This document shows, piece after piece, positions 22,475 through 32,850 of a stretch of 34,590 bases of DNA; the first letter of the stretch is position 1, and every line of letters begins with the position of its first letter. The position numbers and the translations under genes were made by a program. Below the pieces are notes generated by a model, which worked only from the letters and a program-made list of their open reading frames with translations, was not told the DNA's origin and did no database searches. The stretch is taken from the NCBI GenBank assembly GCA_000934665.2, contig JYFJ02004121.1, forward strand, positions 1-34,590. Direction: 5' to 3'. This DNA comes from Catajapyx aquilonaris. Lineage: Eukaryota.

Positions 22475-23136
22475 GGCGACAGCCCTGCAATCGATAGAGT
22501 GTTAGTGCGTTGCTTAAGAGAGGCCCTTGCGGCCGCGCACAGGTCTCCAATCTTCTTACTGCCCGCTGGAGAGGAGCCGGGGCGCACCCCGTCGTCGGTC
22601 AAAAGCGTGGAGATGCGCAAAATGACCCGGCAAATCCCACCACGGGGTTTTGGTACCGGCACACACCTGTGCGCCGTCACCGCAGTGCAATGGGCCTCCG
22701 CTGGAAAAAACCTTTCCCAGTGCACGGGACACCTGGTGAGGTGTACCCTGTGAGGTGCCCGGTGCACTTGAAGAGTGGCCGCAACAAGCACGGACCAGCT
22801 CCCCTACCCCGGCTGTTTCCCTAGGGAACCCGGACCTCGCCTAGGCTCAAACGAGGCCCAAGAACCCGTGGGAATCCTCCTCTAGCGCACCCGATTTGGC
22901 TCTACTGTAGACCACTCATTTGCGTGCTTGACCGCAGGAAGAACGGTCAAGCAGGTTCAGCCCTGCAGGGGTATTGCACCCCGGGAGCTATCTAGCTTTA
23001 CGTCAGGGACCTCCCCGGGCTTTTACCCGACACACGGCGCCCAGAGGTGTCTCGCCAGTGGAAGGAACCCGGAGACTCCCGTCCGACCGGAGTATCCGCT
23101 CACCCTGTCAGGTGAGTGGCAACCCAATGCTGTACA

Positions 23137-23481
23137 ATTGGCACATCGTCATTGTCCTCGCAAGATCTGGTCCGCCATCAGCATCCTGATCGTCAATCTG
23201 GGGGAAAAGAATGCGATGACGCCATTTTGTCATAAACCCATAACGCTTTGTCATACACGTACCTGGCCCAAACGGTGCAAGTCCGTCATTACGTAATACA
23301 TGGTGAAAGCGGTTGTCATCGTGTAGAGAAGTGTCACCCACAGAATTCTCCATTCCAACGCGTCAATACACGCCGGGTCCAGCCATACCAAACTGGCCGA
23401 ATACAAAATTGTGGGGATCTGCCAGAGACATTGAGTCTCGAACCATGTCTGGATGGCAGACAGAGTGAGCCCCATCGGTGT
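23137..23481 (-). other. Exon-like segments of an unidentified spliced gene; the downstream exon is split by the non-LTR insertion
   Basis: Exon 23481-23263 (TTTTATAG / CAG|GTACGT, 73 open codons), 65-bp intron, then an exon from 23197 that resumes at 16702 and ends at CAG|GTAATT (16626). Confidence 0.35.
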
Positions 23482-24277
23482 CTATAAAAAAAACGGGGAA
23501 ACGAAAGGTAAAACATTTTCCTTCGTTTTTTTTTTTTACCAAACCATACCTTATTGTGCATGACACAAAGCCAGCACGTCGATACAATTAACCAAATGAT
23601 CCCAACACAGGTTCCAATAAGTGCCAGCAGGACACAGGCTTAAAATGGCAGAGAAATAATAAATTATTAATTTGGGAATGCAAAAACATCAACTGTAAAT
23701 AATCGGTTCTTATATGGCTTACTACATGCTGACCCTCGGATCCCCACGAATCCTCGCACAAACGCTTGTACGGCGGGTAACCAAACGAATAACACGTCCA
23801 AAGTCGCATCTAGCCCAAGAAGTATCCCCAAAATCCATGGGCCGGACACCAAAAGCATGCAGAACATCTGAACGAAATGGGAAACATTATGATAAGATCA
23901 AACGACGCGACGCCATCGCCACCTTCAATTATTACTTATTAGTGTGTACTCACATGAAAAATCTCCATGTCGACGGCTTGCACCTCAGCACTTATACACC
24001 TCAGCAGGTCCACCTTACACTAGGGCTACAGCCGACTGTTGTCCAGTGACGGTCACAAATGTGTAATACTTGTTACACTCTGTTAGCATAACGATGGAAG
24101 AAGAAGCAAAAAAAAAAAAAAAAGTTCTGCCCTTTTTTGCTATCTGACCTGGACACCCAACCAAGCCCAGTGCAGACTAAATATTGACGTTCTGTAAGAT
24201 TCAATTTGGTAGGCAGATTTTTTAAATATATGTGACACAAGGAACGTGTGTTCCTCTAGACATGGCAATTAGGTATT

Positions 24278-24560
24278 TTAAAAACCGGATGGCTTCAACT
24301 TTGACATGGGTTCTTTCTCCCCTTCCACCAATTCCAAGCACAGTATCCACTTGTCAATGGTGTTGATTGCTTCCTGCCAGAAGTGTACGTGGGGGCTGCT
24401 GGCTGTTACACGACATAGGAACTCATTTCCGTGGTCACCACTTTCTTTATGTCTATTTAAAGAATCAAATAATTTGTCCACAAAGAGGACAAACTCTGAT
24501 GTGGCAAGTGCTGAAGCGCGAATCTTGCCTGCAACCAAGAATACATCAATGTACTGCGCA
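24278..24560 (-). pseudogene. P-element/THAP9-type transposase fragment
   Basis: ASALATSEFVLFVDKLFDSLN...SSPHVHFWQEAINTIDKW matches the TA.F....D.LFDSLN and S.H..FW.EA motifs. Confidence 0.8.
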
Positions 24561-25161
24561 ATATACGTACGTGGATCATTCTGAATTCACTGGCAGGTTT
24601 CCACTTTTATTGAAGTAACTTCCCCTTGTCACAATCATTGCATTTTGTGGATGTGTAAGGTTTAAAGTGAAGCATATAGATGAAAGCATAGCTAAATATT
24701 ATGCTGAATATGCAAACTGAAAGACCTTTCAGAACACACGTTCGTATTTCAAAAGACTTCTGTTATGGTAGATGGTAATAAAGGTTACATTCACTATATA
24801 CACTATAGACAATATTGGAAAAATATGCAAGTTGTTATTATACTTCCTCTGGAGTGAGCAGGGCTGGGTACATATCTCGAATGGCAGAAATTGACATTGC
24901 CTTATTTTCTACCTGGGTCCTCTGGTGTTAGCGAGGGGTTTGCATCATGACATTGACTCGCTTCATGTCTGGATGTCTCTGTGCGAAGAGAGAGTGATTG
25001 CAAGTAATCCCATAGCAAAACCAGTATACCAATATATTCCAAGTCTCTATAATAACAATGGAAACAATGATGTACACTTACACTTTTCATTTCTTTAATC
25101 ATCCACTCCATGTGTTTTTTAGTGGAATCCTCATCCTCAGCATTTGTTGGGGCTGAGTCAC

Positions 25162-25832
25162 TACGTATCTTTGGACTATCTCCCAGTTTTATGTCCTTCT
25201 TTGATGAGAATGGTAGAGCTACTGAAGCATCTGTAGCTGGCAAAGTGCAACCATGCGATATGTTCAGCCGTGTTCAGCACACGTGGTCTTGTGAACGAGT
25301 TTAGGCCTACTCACCAGTCATTCTGCTCTTCTGGGCGACCTCTTCCCATGCACGCTCCTTGGCGTCGGTGTTCCGGTACTCGCGAGTACGGACGTCCCAA
25401 ATAATGGGCTTCTCTCGGATGTAATGGACAAAATCCTCGTCCGATGATGCAGACACCATTGCTGCAGCCATCTTTTTTTCTGACCAAGGAACAGGCAAGG
25501 TGAGGTGGGGTCGCGGGGATGGGGTGGGCAACATGGCGAGACAGGTCTCGACCAATCGTGGAGGCAGCGTAGGACGTAGCGAAGTACCAGAGCCTAGCTG
25601 CGCTCCCAAGATTTCCACCCAAATTTTTGGTTTCAAGTAGGCCCTCCGGGCTCAGCGCGGCGCCACGAGCTCCAGTGTGACAGGGCCGGCGAAGGAAAGT
25701 TGGCTCGCTGGGGCCCGCGCAAGCGGCGCAGCGTGTGTATGACAGACCCATAAGTCAATACGTATCTTAGGACTATCTACCAGTAATTTTTGCTTCTTTT
25801 ATGAGAAGGGTAGTGCTACTGAAACCTGCAGC
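25162..25832. repeat. Imperfect ~75-bp direct repeats (about 25162-25237 and 25760-25832) flanking the MADF segment
   Basis: TACGTATCTT.GGACTATCT.CCAGT...ATGAGAA.GGTAG.GCTACTGAA in both; minus translations SVALPFSSKKDIKLGDSPKIR and SVALPFS*KKQKLLVDSPKIR. Confidence 0.7.
25315..25752 (-). mobile_element. Harbinger-type 5' fragment with first exon of a MADF-domain gene (25471-25315)
   Basis: MAAAMVSASSDEDFVHYIREKPIIWDVRTREYRNTDAKERAWEEVAQ (MADF P.IWD...Y.N......AW) ending at G|GTGAGT; upstream GGCCCTGTCACACTG resembles Harbinger TIR starts. Confidence 0.7.
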
Positions 25833-26343
25833 ACCTGAGTGTCCTGCTCGTTTCAATTGATGGCGTTCATTTTGGAGCTTTATTGAGAGTTGAATTCTCC
25901 GGGATTCCTATGAAAATTCATCAAAATTTATTAAGAATGCAAATATGATTATCATTAATCATGTACCTTATATTTACACTTGGGTCGTCTCCATGTGGCA
26001 CTGTATCTGCCAATTCTGGGGAACTTCTGAATCATAGCATCTACTGCTTCAGCATAATGATAGGGTCCTTGAAAAACCACATACACAAATGAGAATCAAG
26101 AAAACACTGGCAATGAAGGCATACATATAAGAAACATTGGTCTTACATTGTGTATGTTGAAATTTCATCACACATTCCTTGTATGATACGGATCCGAAGC
26201 CTGTGGTCTACTTCCTTTTTTTAAAAAAAATTGCTGACTCCACCACAAAACCACACTCAGGCACTCGGAATGGCAGAGGCCACTTATTAAAATTAACCTG
26301 CCTGCATCCTGCATTATACAGAATAACCTATATGCATGTAGCA

Positions 26344-26385
26344 GGTTTGGTTTGGTTTATTCGGAATAAGCCAAATCAACTATGG
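26344..26385 (-). mobile_element. 3' tail remnant of the same retroposon family as the 3401-3665 SINE
   Basis: CCATAGTTGATTTGGCTTATTCCGAATAAACCAAACCAAACC versus CCACAGTTGCTTTGGCTTCTTCCTAATAAACCAAACCAAACC (4 mismatches in 42 nt). Confidence 0.8.
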
Positions 26386-26389
26386 ATCC

Positions 26390-27050
26390 GTCCCTCTTCT
26401 CCATGGACACACCCCTTGGACTTGTTCTCATTTTGGCAGGGGTTGCGTCTGCTCTACATGACAAAAAATCCAGATCCACAAAACCACTGCCATCATCAGA
26501 CCTTTGGATCATCGTGGTCCGCCTCCCCCTCTCAACTTTCACAGCCACTACATCATGTAAATACACTCTAGGAGTAACACTTGACACTTTTTTTTTGTGA
26601 CGTATGGTCCGGCCAGTCATAAAATTCCGACACGGACATCTTTTTGACTGAAACTTTTCCAGAATTGGCAGCAGCGACAGCCTTCACAAATTGGTCACAG
26701 TCACACACCTTACCCATTTTCTTCATGGACAGCTCCACCCGGTGGTGGAAACTGTCCGCTGACATGAAGGTGTGGGCGGGCTCAAAGTATCTTTGTTCTA
26801 TGATCTCAGCAGACACCGCACTGGAGTTCACAATATGCACCAGATAAGTGAAAAGACACCAGTTTTTATTCTGTCCGCTGCAGTTGTCCAGCCACAGAAT
26901 CAACCTCTTTCCCCCCCCTTTACGGACAAGAAGAAACAATTAAACGCACATGATATCTTCTTCTTCCTGCCCGCAATTGCTTCGTGCCAATCGCAGCATA
27001 CGGCGTAATGCCTGATGTATTGCCGACTGGCATAGATGCTAGGTTATCGT
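26390..27050 (-). pseudogene. Second Sola1-type transposase fragment (different subfamily)
   Basis: WHEAIAGR, LILWLDNCSGQNKNWCLF, YFEPAHTFMSADSFHHRVE, PRGVSMEKRD in shifting frames. Confidence 0.8.
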
Positions 27051-27204
27051 TGACACACTTAAAGTGGCCGCAATTTGGGTTATCTGCTGCAGTTTCGTCA
27101 AGAGGAGCTACTGTAGAGGTCGTTGTTATCCACCAGCCATAGCAACGCGGCGTGCAGAAAAGCGGGTCGCAACTGGCAAATTGTAGACTGGGTCACGTTC
27201 TCCA

Positions 27205-27394
27205 CCGGCTCCATGCTGGTCGGCTGCTGGAGGTGAAACGGTGCCTGGTGCGGCAACGGAGCCAGGATGGTTGGCGTCGGCTGCATGCTGGTAGGCTTCT
27301 GGAGGTGAAGCGGTGCCTGGGGCGACCACGGGGCCAGGCTGGTCGGATACAGGAGGTGGAGCAGTGCCTGGGGCGGCCACGTGGCCAGGCTGGG
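27205..27394. repeat. Imperfect minisatellite, 3 copies, probably coding
   Basis: Core GGAGGTG.A.C.GTGCCTGG.GCG.C.ACG..GCCAGG at about 27229, 27301 and 27352; spacings 72 and 51 are multiples of 3; minus frame gives LAPW.PQAP.HLQ.PTS repeats. Confidence 0.75.
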
Positions 27395-27538
27395 GTCCAT
27401 GACACACACACACGTCGTCGTCAGAATGACCATTCTCTTACGCTGGCACCCAAGCTACAATGAGCGTCTTCCCGTCTTCTGACTCATCGTCCCGCGCGCG
27501 CCCTTCCCCCCAGAGCAGTTGGTACGATGAGATGACCA

Positions 27539-28260
27539 TCACGTGTCCCGGCTGGCCTGTGGTGCTGCCTGGACCTGTTCGCCGTGCTGCCGACTTGGAC
27601 AGATTTGACGGTTCACGAAGCGATCCACCAAAGCAGCTGACAAGGTTTTCATTCTTTGTTGGACCCGTGCTTTGTCCTGGGGATCCGGAATATGATTCCA
27701 TTCCTGTTGCATCTGTTGTCTTAGGGCACGAGCACCATCTACATGTGCGTTATAAAGCAATGAAGTCCAGCAGATGCTAGCTTGTCTACAAAGAGCTTCG
27801 CCAATAGACCGTACCTCTGGGCCTAACTCATGGAGGTGTGGCAGAATCTGGTAGGGGTGTGGTGCCATGCAGTAAAGAGGCTGAAGTGCCGCCACACTCA
27901 TATCCATATCATCAATCATGTTGATGTAATGTAAATACTTCTCAAATAAATAAAACAGTCTCTCCTCTGCTGTATTGCCCTTAGGCTGAACTTGTCGTCC
28001 CTTAAACTTTGGGGTGGCCATTAACTCACGGTAAGGCTCCAGGAGATCCAAAAACGGTATCTCAATTTTTTCAAGAACTGCTGCAGGTTGGAACAAAGAG
28101 ACGTCTTTTTCACAAAAGGCCCTCTGTAAATATGTATGTTGCGATTGACCATCTTGGCCAGCATAATTATGCCATATTTGTATTAGAACCTGAAGCTTGA
28201 GGATTAGGTAGATGAAATCCAGTCTGGTCTGAAGAATTGGTGCCTGCCGGGCACCATGTC
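27539..28260 (-). other. Unassigned open frame of about 240 codons
   Basis: ORF 27539-28096 extends upstream without a stop through RLDFIYLILKLQVLIQIWHNY; no family recognised. Confidence 0.35.
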
Positions 28261-28342
28261 TGACCCGTATCGGGTTACGAGAAACAAAACAGGGAACTTG
28301 GCTAATGTACGATTTATGTCATTGCGGAGGGTTCAGAATACA

Positions 28343-28581
28343 TGTCACGCTAAAGGAGTAACTAGGCGAGGAAAGTTTTGGGGTGGGATCTGGACAGGGA
28401 GACGGCTCAGTAACTACTGGCCACGAGCCCAAGGGAGCGCCTCCCTATAAAGGGGTAGCGCAATGCGAGATGGGAGTCGGAGCGACAAAAGGTCACATGA
28501 CAGGAGTATGGATTAGATAACCAATGGGGTACAAGACGGGGAGGCAAAATTGTGCAATCCCGTTACAGTGGTGGCCGCGGT
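28343..28581 (+). mobile_element. 5' LTR of an LTR retrotransposon (28343-28567) with tRNA-Leu-like primer-binding site
   Basis: TGTCACG...CGTTACA termini and TATAAAA at 28446; TGGTGGCCGCGGT at 28569-28581 is 12/13 identical to TGGTGGCAGCGGT, the complement of the tRNA-Leu 3' end. Internal region missing. Confidence 0.6.
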
Positions 28582-29560
28582 TTCACTCACCTCCTCCAGG
28601 ACAGTCTGGAAGAGCTCCCACACCTCAGATGGTTCTGCAGGATATCCAGGAGCAGAGGCAGGTGATCGTGAATGGGGGTGCGGCCATCGGTGGTCAGGAT
28701 GTCATCCAACGATAGTGGGGTGTAGCCATCCCCATCGCTGTCCACCTCCCCCTGATCCTCACTGTCCTCCTGCTCACTGCCCTCCTGCTCACTGTCCGAC
28801 AGTCCGCTTCCATCCTCCGATGGTCGACTAGGCAGAGGAGAGTCGGCAGGAACAATCAGCTGGTCGTCGGGCGAAGGATGAAGTGCAGAGGGGGAGGTGG
28901 GACCGACCTGGGAGAGAGGGAGAGAAGAGTCAGTTGTCAGGTTGGTTGTCAGAAGAGCCAGTGAATGGAACAGAGGTGCAGGTAATGGTGGGGAAGGGTT
29001 AGGATCAGGGGTGTGGGGAGGGCCAAGCGTGTGGGAATTGTTGTCATCCTGTTGCTGTGAGGAGCTGCGCCCGACTGCAAGCTGCTGGCGGCTCGCTGGG
29101 ATGGGTAGTCCACATCGGGGATATGGGGCTCCTTTTGCATCACGCCTCGTTCGCTGAACATGCCAGCGAAGGTGATTCCTCAATGCAGTGCAGCTGGGAA
29201 AGCTCAGAACACATGAGGGGCAGGGATAAGGGGTGTTGGCATGCGGCTGAAGCCAGACGACAAGCTGCTGGGGACACTCGTAGTAGTGCGTGGATTGGCG
29301 CCGGTGAAGGGATTTCCAGCATAATGGAATATGCAGAGGAATNNNNNGGGGGGATAGGGGCTGGGGGAGGAAATGGGTGAGTTCCAGGTGGCGTTTGAGC
29401 GAATGTTTCCCAGCCGTCCTCGGTTCACATCTGAAGGACGTATCACAGCCAGACTCAGTACATAGGATCACCTCCGGAGGGGGGAAGAAGATCTTGATGG
29501 TGTTTCCGGTACGTTCAGGTTGTCTAGTATAGGCCATCGTTGTAGGGGGCCCTCCCTCGT
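28582..29560 (-). pseudogene. Utopia/NeSL-like (R2-superfamily) non-LTR element, N-terminal zinc-finger region only
   Basis: GNTIKIFFPPPEVILCTESGCDTSF...KHSLKRHLELTH and YPCPSCVLSFPSCTALRNHLRWH, followed by a Pro/Ser/acidic linker. Confidence 0.65.
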
Positions 29561-29599
29561 CAGAATGTGATCCAGATTCTGGGATGGGACTATGGCACA

Positions 29600-29860
29600 C
29601 CTCCTGCAGGACCACAGTAGGGTCCTCCTCGGCAGGATAACTCACAAAGATCATCAGTCATGAAGACGTCAGGGTGACCCTTGCCAAAAATGGCACCCTC
29701 AGGAAGGCATTCTTTCAGGAGGCTTAATACTTCCATGAAAACCCCAGTTGTCTCACAATCAGTAGGGACACTTCCTAGGGGAACCTCTCCGGCTGGTGTA
29801 GGAGTTACGAACATAAAGACACGGTTGCCTTCCCGATCCATGTGGCCTGATGTATTCACC
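29600..29860 (-). pseudogene. MULE (MuDR) transposase catalytic-domain fragment
   Basis: TSGHMDREGNRVFMFVTPTPAGEVPLG...LSLLKECLPEGAIFGKGHPDVFMTDD. Confidence 0.8.
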
Positions 29861-29989
29861 AGAACAGGTTTTGGTATTATAAAACACCTTCGTCTTAATG
29901 AGAAGCTTCAGCATAAATAATATATGCACCCGGCATTCATCCCATTAGTCGGTATGGCCGGCTTCATTTGTGGTCAATAGCAAGGCAGT

Positions 29990-30250
29990 GTGCGACCCTT
30001 TCATGATTCCTCGTTGTTGCTTCCACTTCCTAAAGGCGTACATGAATGCTTTCAGTTGAATCATGACAACTCCTCCTAACTTTGCAGACGGCACCATTAG
30101 CCCTCCGGAACAGGAGCATGGGAGGAATGTGTGTTCCTTTCTCTCAATTGAGCTGGACTGATCCAGGATAATTTCTCGGGATTTGCTGCATTTGTAGTTC
30201 ACCAGGCATTTTCGGACTATGTACGCGTTGAAATAATGGCAATCATGTAA
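29990..30250 (-). pseudogene. P-element/THAP9-like C-terminal fragment
   Basis: YFNAYIVRKCLVNYKCSKS...GGLMVPSAKL resembles the Y.AGY..RK...CxxC...GGL..PS motif. Confidence 0.5.
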
Positions 30251-30565
30251 CATCCAAGCGCACAATGTCTTTCCCCACTTTGTCCTAATCAGCCTCGGCC
30301 AACAACTTGGTTTCACCCTCCTCCAGCACGTACATCTGCTTCCCCTCCTGACGATGATGCTGCCGACGAGGGTAGGTCAGTCATGCCGCGCCCCAACTGC
30401 CGCAGTTGGTCCACTTCTTGCTGCAGTTGGAGGACCTTCGTGGTCAAAAGGTCGAAAACCCCACCTGGCTTCATCCCGACTTCGTCCATGACGATGCCAA
30501 GCTGCGCAAAAGTTGGCTTCATTTCTTCTCCCTGCGCTTCTTCTTTTCAGCCATTAGGGCTCCCG

Positions 30566-31912
30566 TCCACCGCAAGTACGCCCCCGCTGCTGTGAAATGG
30601 ACCAGGGGCTCCCCTTCCTCTTTCTCTGTGACGCCAGGTTCTAGATGGTTCACACCTACGTCACGGAGGAGAGTACGGACAGTACTGTACTGTGCCGGAC
30701 CTGGTTCGGGCTTCCGCCAACCGTTCGGCTGGGGAGAGGGAACACCTTTGCTTTAGTGTGCGTATACGCATCACTGTTAATCTGAGATTGACAGGACATG
30801 TACTGAGTAGTATGATTTTGTGGATCATCACAACCTATGGTTGCGGACATTGTTGTATATAATCTCCTAACGGGAATTTTTTCAGCAGTCAGGCTGGGGT
30901 TTAACTGGTTCACACATTTCCGTTTAGCTGCAATTTTTTCAGCAGACGCTTGTTTTCCTATGACGCCAAGGTTTCTGCCCCCCCCCCCCCCCNCCCCCCC
31001 CCTCCGAAACTTTGTGACCTTGAACCCCCAAAAAGGTGCTTTTGCAGCGACTCTTCATTCAGCAAAAGAAAAATGCAACTGCAGAGCATTGACAGCACTT
31101 GGTGTTCCAGTACAGCAGTCACTGGTGAAGGCAGGTGCAGGACTGATCAGATCTTCAATTGCAGCAAAAGGCAAACCTGCAGCCAGAGAGGTACTGACAC
31201 ATCTGATTTGGTAGTGTAGACTTTCCGGACGATCGCTGCGATAAGACCCTTCCTAGGAGTTAGGATCGCTTCTACAGTTTGTTTATCTTCCAAGATAGCG
31301 GCGTGCAGCCGGCGCGGTGGGATGGATTCGTGGGAACCGCTACGCCAGGAGGCGGGGACACGCATAGGGGCCTAAGTTACTTAAATGAGAGCCGCAGTTG
31401 TGTCTCAACCAGACCTGTTGATTCGGTCCAATTAACGGATCGGGAGCAGGCCTACCGCTGGGAGGCGCTGCCGAGTGCTACTGGCCATTGATCAAACCTG
31501 CCCCAAGTACTGTGTAGACAATTATCATTGTTTATTTTTAGAGCTAATGGCCTAGCTCTTCAAAATCTGGCGATCGTCGGGGCATACAGCTATCAAGACC
31601 CATATCGTGAAAAAGGAGACATCGCCAGAAGCAGAGGACTTTCGCTCCAGGATGATCGAAATTAATCCGCACACAGTTCTAATTATTATTCAACACTTGT
31701 TACATAAGTATGCAACATGAATTACATTACACTTGTTACCAAACTTGGCAACTGAATTTACATATTAGTGTGCGGTTGTCGTGTGGAAATGGGAAGGTGG
31801 GCACTGCCCACTTTCCTGGGCAACTAGGCAAAGGGGAAGCTTGCCCCTCCACCGCAAGTATGCCCCTGCTGACTGTGAAATGGACCAATGGCTCCACTTC
31901 CTCTTCCTCTGT
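30566..31912 (-). repeat. Two diverged copies (30566-30629 and 31848-31912) of an unidentified coding-like segment
   Basis: TCCACCGCAAGTA.GCCCC.GCTG(A)CTGTGAAATGGACCA..GGCTCC.CTTCCTCTT.CTCTGT shared; translations TEKEEGEPLVHFT and TEEEEVEPLVHFT. Confidence 0.75.
31215..31575 (+). mobile_element. Possible LTR (31215-31562) with PBS-like TGGCGATC
   Basis: TGTAG...CTTCA ends, TACTTAAA near 31378, AGAGCTA/TAGCTCT hairpin near the end, TGGCGATC 5 nt downstream. Confidence 0.35.
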
Positions 31913-32164
31913 CGCTGGCCGGTATGCTGTTCCTGCCTGGGTGGTGCCCATCTTTGGATGTGGAGGCGGGAGGTCCTTACCAGCGATGTCTTTCGGCGTG
32001 GCCTTGCGGATGTAAAGAAAGGCACATCGTCTGACATATGCAAAAGCAGGCATATCCAAAAATGGATCAGAAACTATTCAAAGTACAAAAGGTGTCATAA
32101 ACTCGATTGAAAATTGGGAAATTTATGGGGCAAGTTGTGAAGTACTTATAAGTAACTCGCTGCC

Positions 32165-32850
32165 GTGCACGGCTTGGATTTCTTCCTCATACTTGCACCC
32201 AAAGTTCTCGCTGAAATCTACATGGCTGAGTATAGCATCCGTAGACAAATTTTTCTTTAACTATGTCATGCACTGGTACTGGTGTATTATGTTTGCAACA
32301 TGGGTCATGTACTTACGATACTTTGCCAAACAATCTTCCAATTTCTGACCAAGATATCCAATTGTGCGTACGGTCTCCTGTTTCATGGGAGTGCGCGATT
32401 TTGTGGATGTCTTCTCTGCACTGACTGTCATTACTGGTGTTCTTTGCCACTGTTTGAGTCGTGTTTCATCATCATAGTCCATGTGCTCACCTGGATACAC
32501 GACAGTCACATGTTTGCACTTGGGGTATTTTCGGAAGCAGCAATCGACAGCCTTTCCCTCACAGCATAACACATCTAACATATCCTTCGGGTTTTGCAAA
32601 GGAACAACATTCAGTTCATGAAACTTTTCAATCAGGAGTTCCATATTCGCAGGCTGAACATATTTGCAAGTAACTATCGGTTACAGTTGGCATCACCACT
32701 CAACATGGCCTCATACGGCAGAATGTTGCATAGGAAATAGCGTATGGGACAGTGCTCTGGAACTTCTTGTGCAAATTCAGCATGGAATCACTTAGCAGCC
32801 TTTTTTGCCTTTACTTTCCTCTTACAAGGGACACTTTGAAAGTGTCACTC
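32165..32850 (-). pseudogene. Sola2-type transposase fragment
   Basis: ISYATFCRMRP, NMELL, LCCEG..DCCFRK, HVANIIHQY, HVDFSENFGCKYEEEIQAVH (DFSENY..Y..E.Q..H motif). Confidence 0.75.

Larger units (their letters stand above)
16716..23123 (-). mobile_element. R1/LOA-group (I superfamily) non-LTR retrotransposon, both ends present, internally deleted (RT missing)
   Basis: 13-bp TSD CCAATGCTGTACA at 16703-16715 and 23124-23136 at sharp GC-content boundaries. Domain order: 5'UTR, Gag with CCHC knuckles, APE, RNase H, CCHC, long 3' region. Confidence 0.9.

Noticed and set aside
16640..23197. Merlin/ISXO2-like CxxC reading (RCANC...GWRW) across the reconstructed empty site
   Set aside because: That frame has several stops and only a vague motif match.
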